Assembly: GCA_963674755.2 (NCBI GenBank)
Contig: CAXXVS010000003.1
Coordinates: forward strand, 2,304,001-2,368,000
DNA length: 64,000 nt
Reading direction: 5' to 3'
DNA from: Desulfobacterales bacterium
GTDB lineage: Bacteria > Desulfobacterota > Desulfobacteria > Desulfobacterales > UBA5852
In this document: positions 1-10,369 of the stretch, one piece after another
Layout of the letters: the number at the start of each line of letters is the position of its first letter
Numbering within the stretch: position 1 is the stretch's first letter
The notes under the pieces: model-generated
Told to the model about the DNA's origin: nothing
What the model saw: the letters and a program-made list of their open reading frames with translations, nothing else
Databases searched by the model: none
Made by a program: the position numbers and the translations under genes

Positions 1-278
1 ATGATGTCATGGTCATTCAGCCTGCGCCGTTCGGCCTCTTCCGCCATTGCCAGAAGGGATTTTGCCTCTTCCAGAAATTGATGCCCCGCGGAAGAAAGGC
101 GAATCCGATGGGTGTCCCTGTACAATAAGACGGTACCGCAGCGCTTTTCCAGGGTTTGCAGATAGCGGCTCAGGGTCGGCTGCATCACCCGAAGTTTGCG
201 GGCCGCTGAGGAAATAGTGCCGCTTTCCACAATGCAAACGAAAGCGCGCAGCAGGGATAGGTCGTCGAATGCTGTCAT
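1..278 (-). CDS. LysR-family regulator, 5' part (runs off window start; not in ORF track)
   Basis: Manual translation from ATG at 278: MTAFDDLSLLRAFVCIVESGTISSAARKLRVMQPTLSRYLQTLEKRCGTVLLYRDTHRIRLSSAG, a typical LysR wHTH; divergent from the SDR gene. Confidence 0.9.
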   Translation of the reverse strand, partial: MTAFDDLSLLRAFVCIVESGTISSAARKLRVMQPTLSRYLQTLEKRCGTVLLYRDTHRIRLSSAGHQFLEEAKSLLAMAEEAERRRLNDHDI

Positions 279-291
279 ACAAAATCAGTAT
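277..291. promoter_or_regulatory. LysR-type T-N11-A operator
   Basis: ATAC-aaaatca-GTAT dyad overlapping the LysR start, between divergent genes. Confidence 0.6.
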
Positions 292-387
292 AGCCGATAT
301 TCTGGTTATGTATCTACCAAAAATTTCGGGCGGCAACATATTGTCGGTTAAGCAAGCAACAAACGCCCAAACCCAAAGGAGGTTGCA

Positions 388-1137
388 ATGGATACATCTA
401 AAGAGACCAAAGTCGCTATCGTTACAGGATCATCGCGCGGAATCGGTGCCGCCGTTGCTAAACGGCTGGCCGCTGATGGCATTGCCGTGCTGGTGAACTA
501 TGCGGGCAATGCCGATGCCGCCAACGCCGTCGTAGAAGCGATCAAGGCCAAGGCGGGCCGGGCCACAGCAATCCAGGCCGATGTTTCCGTACCGGCACAG
601 GTGTCCTCCCTGTTTGACCAGGCCATCACGCTATACGGTGGGGTCGATATTCTCGTCAATAATGCGGGCATCATGCAGCCGGGCCTCACTCCTCTGGCCG
701 ATACGGATGATGCACTTTTCGATAAAATCGTGGCCGTCAATCTCAAAGGGACATTCAATACGCTTCGGATCGCCGCCGGAAAACTGCGCGACGGCGGGCG
801 GATCGTCAATTTCTCCTCCAGTGTCCGTAAGCTCGCCATGCCGGGCTACACGGTTTATGCCGCCACCAAATCCGCGGTGGAGACGTTGACGAATATTTTC
901 GCCAGGGAATTGCGCGGCCGAAACATAACGGTAAACGCAGTGGCACCCGGACCAACGGCAACCGATCTTTTTCTGAAAAACAAAACCAAGGAGCAGATCG
1001 AACACCTGGCTAAAATGCCGCCGCTGGAGCGGCTGGGGCAGCCCGGGGATATTGCCGATGCCGTGGCGTTTCTTGTGGGAGGGGATGCCCAATGGGTCAA
1101 CGGCCAGACACTCTATGTGAATGGCGGCATCGTTTAG
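388..1137 (+). CDS. SDR-family oxidoreductase
   Basis: TGSSRGIG, NNAG and YAATK motifs; AAGGAGG RBS. Confidence 0.95.
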   Translation: MDTSKETKVAIVTGSSRGIGAAVAKRLAADGIAVLVNYAGNADAANAVVEAIKAKAGRATAIQADVSVPAQVSSLFDQAITLYGGVDILVNNAGIMQPGLTPLADTDDALFDKIVAVNLKGTFNTLRIAAGKLRDGGRIVNFSSSVRKLAMPGYTVYAATKSAVETLTNIFARELRGRNITVNAVAPGPTATDLFLKNKTKEQIEHLAKMPPLERLGQPGDIADAVAFLVGGDAQWVNGQTLYVNGGIV

Positions 1138-1464
1138 ATAAATCTAATGCCAATGAAAAATCAGACTGTAATGCATCCAAAGCGGGCAATATATTAAAAT
1201 TTCCTCTATTCGTTATGGGTTTATTGCGTTGAAATTTTGCGGACAAGCACGCCTATCGATCAAAGGGGATAGTGAATGTTCCAACAAGCGTTCCACGCCC
1301 TCGAACCGACGGAGAACCATTTCAAATCTAACAGCCAGGGAAAACAGGGGCGGCAGAAATTGCAAAGGCTGACGAACGATGAGTACCGTTGATATTCAAC
1401 CGTTTTCCTGCTAAGAACAACCATCCTCGCAAACAAGCCGGTTATCCCTCCATACCGCGCCAGC

Positions 1465-1812
1465 GGTTGGCGTTCTGCCGCATCGACCCCAATCGCTCCA
1501 AACGCGCTTTTCAGGAACTCATCCAGGACTGGCGCGGTATCCTGGTTAGTGACCGTTACGGTCTCTATCGCAACGGGGTTGACGGCCGGCAGGCCTGTCT
1601 GGCACACCTGATCCGCAAGGCGGTTGGATTGTCGGAAAGGCGAACGCTCAGCATCAAACTATTCGGGCAGACCATGACAGGCTTTTTGCGAAAATTGGTC
1701 AGCTTTGCCCATGCGCTACCATCGCCTGAAACTTGGAACGATTTCTATGTCCACCTGCACTTCACCTTAAAACTTTTTGAAGATGAAAAGGATGATGCCG
1801 GTAAATTGGCCC
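1465..1812 (+). pseudogene. IS66-family transposase (TnpC) internal fragment
   Basis: RSKRAFQELIQDWRGILVSDRYGLY...QACLAHLIRK resembles the IS66 SDxY and QxCxAHxxR motifs; truncated at both ends. Confidence 0.75.
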
Positions 1813-1818
1813 CGGGTA

Positions 1819-1913
1819 ACAAATCGGGTCAGACCAAGTCAACTGTTAGATATTCCATATGATTGTTCCCAGAATCACCTTTAAAAGACCCCTATAACGG
1901 CATTTTTAACCTC
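1819..1913. repeat. ~95 bp repeat copy 1 (copy 2 at 2641-2735); probable 3' end of a RAYT-like element on the minus strand
   Basis: acaaatcgggtc(a/g)gaccaagtcaact...cctataacggcatttttaacctc is near-identical in both copies. Confidence 0.9.
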
Positions 1914-1914
1914 T

Positions 1915-2028
1915 GATTATGGAGCAAAAACTATTCAATTTGGTACAGGCATTGATGAAGCTGAAGCCAAATATGTTATAAAGGATATCGAAAAGAAACA
2001 CCCAAAGATTGTAGAGAAGTTTAATTGA
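1915..2028 (+). pseudogene. 3' remnant of a cassette gene
   Basis: DYGAKTIQFGTGIDEAEAKYVIKDIEKKHPKIVEKFN*; 5' end cut by the repeat, followed directly by an attC. Confidence 0.6.
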
Positions 2029-2030
2029 GG

Positions 2031-2088
2031 ACCCAATCAGGGGCTGTTGCCGACTCGGTTCCCTCGCGGCAAAGTCCTGTCGTTACCC
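2031..2088 (+). mobile_element. Integron attC site (58 bp)
   Basis: R'' ACCCAAT, 5 nt, L'' GCTgTTGC ... L' GCAAAGT, 6 nt, R' GTTACCC; imperfect hairpin with extrahelical G; follows a stop codon. Confidence 0.75.
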
Positions 2089-2110
2089 CACAAAGGAATG
2101 TGTATAATTT

Positions 2111-2524
2111 ATGGCAATAACATTTGATGAAATAGAAAATGCATTTATGTTTGCAAACACGGATGGGCCATACATGCATAGCGTCTACCTTTGCAAAGAA
2201 ACCGGGCGAACGTTTTATACTTCTGAAATGGGTGATTCAGACGAACTGCCGGATGATATTGACGAGTCAAAGTATATTTCCATCCCTTATAGAAATGATC
2301 TTGACCTTGGAAAAAATCTTGTGATTGAATTTGTTTCGGAATTTTTACCAGAAGAGCTTGACAGGGTTTACTCAATTTTCCGACATCAAGGGGCATATTC
2401 AAGATATAAAGAGCTTTTATCTGAGAGAGGGTTGCTTGATAAATGGTACAAATTTGAAGACGAACGGCAAAAGGCAGCACTTAAAAATTGGTGCGCTGAA
2501 AATGGCATTGAAATTGAAGGGTAA
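2111..2524 (+). CDS. UPF0158-like hypothetical protein, integron cassette gene
   Basis: AT-rich 137 aa ORF with GAYSRYK...W...F...WC..NGI pattern; lies between attC sites. Confidence 0.75.
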   Translation: MAITFDEIENAFMFANTDGPYMHSVYLCKETGRTFYTSEMGDSDELPDDIDESKYISIPYRNDLDLGKNLVIEFVSEFLPEELDRVYSIFRHQGAYSRYKELLSERGLLDKWYKFEDERQKAALKNWCAENGIEIEG

Positions 2525-2635
2525 CCATCGTCTGCACAGGACCGCAAAAGGCGGACGGCCTTGGCTAAAGCGTCTTCATCATTAAACGCACTTTGCCCAT
2601 AGTCCGCATTCCTTTTGCGGCATGTGAGGCCAAAC
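2519..2635 (+). mobile_element. attC site interrupted at its R' box
   Basis: R'' GGGTAAC (exact complement of upstream GTTACCC), 5 nt, L'' TCTgCACA, stem ccgcaaaagg/ccttttgcgg, L' TGTGAGG, 6 nt spacer; the expected GTT is replaced by repeat sequence. Confidence 0.75.
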
Positions 2636-2640
2636 AAATC

Positions 2641-2735
2641 ACAAATCGGGTCGGACCAAGTCAACTATTAGATATTCCATCTGATTGTTCCCAAAACCAC
2701 CTTTAAAAGCCCCCTATAACGGCATTTTTAACCTC
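2641..2735. repeat. ~95 bp repeat copy 2
   Basis: Direct repeat of 1819-1913. Confidence 0.9.
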
Positions 2736-2819
2736 AAAATCAGGGTTATGGGACCCCCCATCAATGGCACGCGCTCATCGGCATTTTATCCCAGGGCAGG
2801 CATGGCATTTAACGCATCG

Positions 2820-2962
2820 ATGCCATATGACGATTTCCCCCAATTCCAGGCAGCTCACCGAGAATGGGTGGAAACCGCGCTGACAGACAAAGGAAGGCAG
2901 AGAGAAACGCGTTGGTCGGAAAGCATTGCCGTCGGCAGCCGGGATTATATCACGAGGGTTGA
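2820..2962 (+). pseudogene. C-terminal fragment of a REP-associated tyrosine (Y1/RAYT-like) transposase
   Basis: FQAAHREWVETAL...RETRWSESIAVGSRDYI resembles the C-terminal region I recall from deltaproteobacterial RAYT-like transposases; no HUH domain present. Confidence 0.5.
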
Positions 2963-3185
2963 CCGCTCCCCGGCGATAGCGAACTGCGTGAAATGAACGT
3001 CGCGGATACTCCGGCCATGGCCGCGTTTTATAACCATTCTTAAACCGGGCGCCCTTTAATGGGCGGCCTGTCTGAAGTCATGCCAAAAGGGGCATGGACG
3101 GCATCATACCGGCTTCGCCTTCTTGTTTGGAAACCGTCTGGGCAAGACCTTCTGTGCTTCTGAACCTTCAAAGACATACCCATTG

Positions 3186-3520
3186 CATGTCGTCCTCCAA
3201 TTTCAAATGGCCCATGCCGGTGTTCGTTTCATGCCGGTAGGCGCCGAGAAAAGGTGCTCTTGTGCCTGCCCTCGACGCATAAACCGTCCGATCAGGGCGG
3301 AGATTTCGGGACTGCGAACAATCTGGCGATGGCCCAGCGATTCGGATCGATAGGCTTGGAGCCCGGGGCAGGCCTTGATGATGGCTTCGGGGTTAAAACA
3401 ACCGGACCGCTTTCCGTGCCGAACTCTGTGGGAAAATGGCACCCAAGAGTTGATTTTTTATCTGAAACAGCATGCGTTTTGTGCTCATGGATCCCACCTC
3501 TTTTTTTTCGGGGTATTCGA
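3186..3520. repeat. ~335 bp direct repeat, left border of island
   Basis: Aligns by eye along its full length, with scattered substitutions, to 31423-31758. Confidence 0.95.
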
Positions 3521-3940
3521 GGGTAATTAAACGGGCCTATAACTAAAAAAATGGCTGAATGTTCTGATTACCTGTCAATCAAGCGTTTGCAATAGCGTAC
3601 ATTCCCAGGAAATTATATTCAACATGCAGTATTTACACACAATATAGATTTAAGGCTTTCAATTGGTATAGGGCCGAAATTTAATAAAGAAGTAAAATGG
3701 AAATTGGGGCAATATGCAAAAATTATTGTTTATTATGATCATTGGCACGATATCTGTATTAAGCTAAAATTAGTTATCAAAGTTTGAGATCAAAATATGT
3801 TCATAGCAGTATATTTAAAATCCAAAAATATTTTGCGGATAAACTACGATATAGACAAAATTTATAAAGGCTACTATTTTATATTAATGTTGTTTTCGAA
3901 ATAAAATTAACAGGATTGTAATGATAAATAATAGCTTGGC

Positions 3941-4290
3941 ATGTCAAATGATATTAGATTATTGCATGAATGGATTAATTGTTACGGATAGTAATGGGAT
4001 TATTAAGTTGATAAATTTAAAAGCGAAAGTCTCTATGGTATAGAATAATTAAGTTATATTGGAAACTATATAGTAGATTATTTTCCGTAAATTGGCTTAT
4101 TGATAATAGATAGTTTGTCTAAAAGTAAATCGAAAATAGGAATAGTTATTTCAGAAAATAATATTTATATGATAGTAAATATAGATGTTCCTTTCTATAA
4201 AGGAACAATGATAAGGACGCTATGTAGTTTGCAAAAAAGAGATGAATACGAAAAAGTAGCAAAAGAATGGAGCTCTGCCGAAATATGAAC
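3941..4290 (+). pseudogene. Eroded N-terminal PAS segment of the downstream activator
   Basis: LDYCMNGLIVTDSNGIIKLIN PAS-like start, then frameshifts and stops; ORF 4100-4288 overlaps the activator start out of frame. Confidence 0.6.
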
Positions 4291-5667
4291 AACCAATTCG
4301 ATGACATATTTAGCGCTTCTTCTGATGGAATATGGGTATGTGATGCATCAGGAAAAGTAATAAACGTAAACAGCGCATCTATACGTTTGAATGGCATAGA
4401 AGATTTTGATGTAATAGGTAAAAACATTCATGAACTTTTAAAAGTCGGATTGTTTAATAAATCTGTAACACTTAAAGTTTTTGAGACTAAACAAAAGGTC
4501 AGCGTTATGCAATATATAACTAAAACAGATAAACATTTATTGTGCACAGGAACACCAGTATTTGATGAAGATAGACGTATATCTTTAGTTGTTGTCAACG
4601 AAAGAGATATGACCGAACTTAATAGTGTTCGTGAACAACTTGAAAAAAGTAAAATGATAACAAAAAAAATGAAGGATGAACTTACTGAATTAAACCTTTT
4701 AGAAATAAACAAACAAAAAATAGTTGCTGAAAGCCAAGAGATGCAACAGGTTTTAAGATGTGCATTAAAAATAGCACGACTGGATGTATCCAATATTTTA
4801 ATTTTAGGAGAATCTGGTGTCGGGAAGGGATTGATATCTAAATTTATTCATAAAAACAGCAAGCGTCATAAAAAGCCATTCGTTCAAATAAATTGTGCTG
4901 CATTGCCTGAATCGCTTCTTGAGGCTGAACTGTTCGGCTATGAAGGTGGTGCTTTTACAGGTGCTTGTGAGTACGGTAAGGCAGGGCTCATCGAATTGGC
5001 TAATAAAGGGACTATATTCTTAGACGAAATAGGCGATATGCCTTTATCCCTGCAAGCAAAGTTGCTAAAATATTTGGATGATAATGAGATAATGAGGTTG
5101 GGCGGAACATCATTAAAAAAAATTAACTGTACCATAATAACAGCTACAAATAAAGATCTAAAAGAGGAAGTAAAAAAACAACGTTTTCGTTACGATCTTT
5201 ATTACAGACTTAACACTTTCACGCTTGCTATACCTTCGTTAAGGAAACGACCTGAAGATATTTTGGAATTAGTAAATAGTTATATGAAAAATTATAACAA
5301 AATGTATAAAGTTAACAAAAAAATTTTTGCAAGAGGACTAGAAGTGATACAAAATTATTCGTTTCCGGGTAATGTGAGAGAGTTGAAAGGATTGATTAAA
5401 AAGGCAGTTGTTATGTGTGATGAAGAGTATATAGATAATTTTATTAGAGAAAGTATTATGATGGCTCATGAACCTTCATTTAATTCTATTGAGAAGTATC
5501 ATCCAAAACCTTCTTTAAAAGATCAACTTGAAAATTTAGAAAAGGATATATTAAGTGGTTTTGTAAAACATGGTCGAACAACACGAGATATTGCTTCTGA
5601 GCTAAAAATTAGCCAAACTTCTGTTGTCCGTAAATTAAAAAAATATGGATTTTCAGGTTCTCGTTGA
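4267..5667 (+). CDS. Sigma54-dependent activator (PAS-AAA+-HTH)
   Basis: PAS (DGIWVCD), GESGVGK, GAFTGA, FLDEIG, FPGNVREL, C-terminal HTH; true start uncertain. Confidence 0.93.
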   Translation: MELCRNMNNQFDDIFSASSDGIWVCDASGKVINVNSASIRLNGIEDFDVIGKNIHELLKVGLFNKSVTLKVFETKQKVSVMQYITKTDKHLLCTGTPVFDEDRRISLVVVNERDMTELNSVREQLEKSKMITKKMKDELTELNLLEINKQKIVAESQEMQQVLRCALKIARLDVSNILILGESGVGKGLISKFIHKNSKRHKKPFVQINCAALPESLLEAELFGYEGGAFTGACEYGKAGLIELANKGTIFLDEIGDMPLSLQAKLLKYLDDNEIMRLGGTSLKKINCTIITATNKDLKEEVKKQRFRYDLYYRLNTFTLAIPSLRKRPEDILELVNSYMKNYNKMYKVNKKIFARGLEVIQNYSFPGNVRELKGLIKKAVVMCDEEYIDNFIRESIMMAHEPSFNSIEKYHPKPSLKDQLENLEKDILSGFVKHGRTTRDIASELKISQTSVVRKLKKYGFSGSR

Positions 5668-5803
5668 TTCGAAAAAGGTTCAAAAGTCAGTAAACTTAAT
5701 AATAATGGTAGGTTAAATACGAACCGAAAAAGAATCAGTAAAAATTTCTGTAATATAAAGCAATTATTTGAAAATTAGCAATAAGCTGATTCAAAAATGG
5801 TTC
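5665..5803. promoter_or_regulatory. Three TGATTC-N6-GGTTC sites, putative enhancer (UAS)
   Basis: Exact motif at 5665-5681 (+), 5721-5737 (-) and 5787-5803 (+), upstream of a sigma54 promoter. Confidence 0.75.
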
Positions 5804-5865
5804 GAATATTATACAGCTATATGGCTATGATATTAAGAACACTGTGTTTATTGATAAAATTTATT

Positions 5866-5882
5866 TAGGCATACAATTTGCT
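5866..5882 (+). promoter_or_regulatory. Sigma54 -24/-12 promoter of gabT
   Basis: TAGGCATACAATTTGCT: GG-N10-GC. Confidence 0.8.
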
Positions 5883-5943
5883 TTAGTAACTTTAACATGC
5901 GTTAGTGCCTTTATTCTGTAACTTTTTGAAAAAGGAATTATAT

Positions 5944-7254
5944 ATGAACATTTCAGAAAAAACTATGAAATTAAAAAAACAGCGTGAAAAGGTAATGGCA
6001 AAAGGTATCATAAGTTCTTATCCAACATATATCCAAGAGGCCAAAGGTTCGAAAGTTTGGGACGTAGAAGGGAAAGAATATTTGGATTTTGCGGGTGGTA
6101 TTGCTGTAATGAATGTTGGCCATTCTCACCCTAAAGTTATATCTGCAATAAAAAAACAGGCCGAAAAATTTACCCACACTTGTTTTATGGTAGTTCCCTA
6201 TGAGTCGGCTGTAATCCTGTCCGAAAAGCTTTGCTCTGTAATTCCAGGAAATTCAGAAAAGGCAGCAATGTTTGTGAACAGCGGTGCTGAGGCCGTTGAA
6301 AATGCTATCAAAATAGCGCGATATTATACCAAAAGACAAGCTGTTATTGCATTTGACGGCGCATTTCATGGACGTACTCTTTTAGCAATGTCACTTACTA
6401 GTAAAGTAAAACCCTATAAATTGGGCTTTGGTCCGTTTGCACCTGAAGTCTATCGCATGCCTTATGCCTATTGTTATCGCTGTCCTTTCAACCTTGAATA
6501 TCCAAAATGTGGTGTATATTGTGCCGATTATCTTGAAAAATTTTTGAAAAGTAATGTTGATGGGGAATCCGTTGCGGCATTGATAGTTGAGCCTGTTCAA
6601 GGAGAAGGTGGATTTATTGTTCCACCTCCTGAGTATTTCCCCAAATTAAAAAAAATATGCGAAAATAATGGGATACTGTTTATAGCTGACGAAATCCAAT
6701 CCGGTATGGGAAGAACGGGCGAATTATTTGGCATTTCCCATTGGAATATAGAAGCCGACCTTACTACTGTTGCTAAAAGCCTAGCTGCTGGTTTGCCTTT
6801 ATCTGCAGTTGTCGGAAAGAAAGAGATTATGGACTCTGTTCACCCAGGCGGTATTGGTGGAACATATGGAGGAAATCCTATCGCGTGTGCTTCCGCATTA
6901 GCGGTTTTCGATATCATTGAAACAGAAAATCTAATTGATAGAGCAAAGGAGCTTGGTAAAACACTGCAAGAACGATTCGATGAACTAAAAGAAGAGTTTG
7001 AGATTATAGGAGATGCTCGCGGTATCGGTGCCATGACGGCATTAGAGCTGGTTAAAGACAGGTCGACAAAAACCCCTGCAGTGGAAGAAGCCAAGTCGCT
7101 CGTAAAATATTGCTATGATATGGGTTTAATTATTCTTTCATGTGGAATTTACGGAAATGTTATACGTTTTCTTATGCCTTTAAATATACCTAAAGGTGAG
7201 CTCGAAAAAGGATTAGGGATTTTGCATGACGGACTACAATATATATCCAATTAG
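5944..7254 (+). CDS. gabT: 4-aminobutyrate/omega-amino aminotransferase (class III PLP)
   Basis: DFAGGIAV, NSGAEAVENA, FHGRT, EPVQGEGG, DEIQSG, AKSL, GGTYGGNP; ATG at 5944 after AAGGA. Confidence 0.9.
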   Translation: MNISEKTMKLKKQREKVMAKGIISSYPTYIQEAKGSKVWDVEGKEYLDFAGGIAVMNVGHSHPKVISAIKKQAEKFTHTCFMVVPYESAVILSEKLCSVIPGNSEKAAMFVNSGAEAVENAIKIARYYTKRQAVIAFDGAFHGRTLLAMSLTSKVKPYKLGFGPFAPEVYRMPYAYCYRCPFNLEYPKCGVYCADYLEKFLKSNVDGESVAALIVEPVQGEGGFIVPPPEYFPKLKKICENNGILFIADEIQSGMGRTGELFGISHWNIEADLTTVAKSLAAGLPLSAVVGKKEIMDSVHPGGIGGTYGGNPIACASALAVFDIIETENLIDRAKELGKTLQERFDELKEEFEIIGDARGIGAMTALELVKDRSTKTPAVEEAKSLVKYCYDMGLIILSCGIYGNVIRFLMPLNIPKGELEKGLGILHDGLQYISN

Positions 7255-7309
7255 GATGTTAATGCCTATATAAGATAGGAAAAGGCCTGATACAAATTTT
7301 ACCACTTAG

Positions 7310-8668
<1,359 letters not shown>

Positions 8669-8767
8669 TCTATTATAAGAAATTACACCGTGGACACCAA
8701 AGTGATGCTTAATTCTAAGGTATGCACAACAAAAGATTGAACACTAAGCGTTTTAGGTGCTGAATAA

Positions 8768-9115
<348 letters not shown>

Positions 9116-9392
9116 TAATGATAGGCGTGAAAGGATTGTGGCTACTTTCTCACTATCCATGATTTTTTTGGCTAAACATAGTCATCCGTATGGAGTTGGC
9201 GATCACAACTATATAGCGTGGCTTTATGACGCATTCCCGCTTGCTGATGACTCATATGCTATTTTAGCGCAAGAGATCCGAAAACATGGTGTTGGCTGTA
9301 TTTATAGAAGCAATTTCGAAATTGACCATATTTTTTGGTCGTATTTAACTTTTAAGCGCATCCGCGCGCACCAAATAACCATAAAAGACCGA

Positions 9393-9486
9393 AAATAGGG
9401 CAAAAAAGCCGAAAATAGATAACATACTGTAATAAAAGCAGATATAAAAATTTAACGATGGAAATAGGGCAAAAAAGCCCTATTTC
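9393..9486. promoter_or_regulatory. Repeated/palindromic site, putative activator UAS
   Basis: aaatagggcaaaaaagcc at 9393-9410 and 9462-9479; the second copy is within a perfect dyad gaaatagggc-A6-gccctatttc (9461-9486). Confidence 0.55.
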
Positions 9487-9586
9487 TATTTGGCGGCATG
9501 CGAAAATGACCCAATACAGGTCTTAAATGGAAAACTAAAAAAATAAATATTTTTTATCTCTGAGGTTAACTTATTAAAATAATATT

Positions 9587-10150
9587 AATGTCCCCCTCGG
9601 GGAATGGGAGAAAATCCCTCGCCTTTAGGCGAAGACTTTAGTAGGCTTGCGATATTATGAAGAATTACCGCAAGACCTCGCATTCGGTTTATGACATCAA
9701 GTATCATTTGGTATGGATCACGAAATATCGCAAGCCGATGCTCAGTGAAGGAGTGGGGACGCGGTTGCGGGAGCTGATCCGTGAGATCTGCAAGGCGATG
9801 GATATAGAGATCATCAAGGGGCATGTTTCCAAGGACCACGTCCATCTGTTTGTTTCCGTACCGCCGTATCATTCGGTAAGCCAGGTGATGAAACGCATCA
9901 AAGGAAAAACGTCAAGGCGGTTGTTAAGCGAAAGCCGTATTTTAGCCAGACAATGTTGGGGTCGTCATCTGTGGGCTCGCGGCTATTTTGCAGCATCATC
10001 GGGTAATGTCACCGATGAGGTCATAGCTGACTATATCGAAAAGCAAACCCACACTGAGCGAGCCCGCGATGACGACTTCACCGTGGACTCGTGAGTCGAC
10101 TTCAGTCGACCACGTTTGAAGCCACCGCCTTTAGGCGGTCGGAGCCTTCA
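9587..10150 (+). mobile_element. IS200/IS605-family element (tnpA only)
   Basis: Subterminal hairpins cgcctttaggcg at both ends, right end ...TTCA; GC higher than flanks; ends approximate. Confidence 0.88.
9657..10094 (+). CDS. tnpA: IS200-type Y1 transposase
   Basis: YHLVWITKYR, HUH DHVHL, LWARGYF, YIEKQ. Confidence 0.96.
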   Translation: MKNYRKTSHSVYDIKYHLVWITKYRKPMLSEGVGTRLRELIREICKAMDIEIIKGHVSKDHVHLFVSVPPYHSVSQVMKRIKGKTSRRLLSESRILARQCWGRHLWARGYFAASSGNVTDEVIADYIEKQTHTERARDDDFTVDS

Positions 10151-10203
10151 CTTTAAATTTGAAAATCCCTTAAATTTAAACCTCCTTCCAAGAGAAAATC
10201 CTT

Positions 10204-10220
10204 TCGGCACCATTCATGCA
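10204..10220 (+). promoter_or_regulatory. Sigma54 promoter of the dehydrogenase operon
   Basis: TCGGCACCATTCATGCA: GG-N10-GC. Confidence 0.7.
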
Positions 10221-10369
10221 GTACTGCTACCTGTCCAACCTCGAGCCATCAGAAGATTAAAATAAGTATTCAGCAGAACCAATAAGATCAAAATGTACAG
10301 ATTAAATGAATTGATGCCTTTGAAATCCAGGTTAAGGTTTTCGTAACGGACAACATTAAGGAGGTAAAA

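Noticed and set aside
13..339. 108 aa minus-strand ORF in the track
   Set aside because: Wrong frame; the LysR frame starting at 278 explains the region
3743..3760. TGGCACG sigma54-like -24 box
   Set aside because: The -12 position reads GT, not GC
9585..10200. Antisense ORF to tnpA; possible tnpB
   Set aside because: The antisense ORF is a shadow; the element ends at ~10150 with no tnpB
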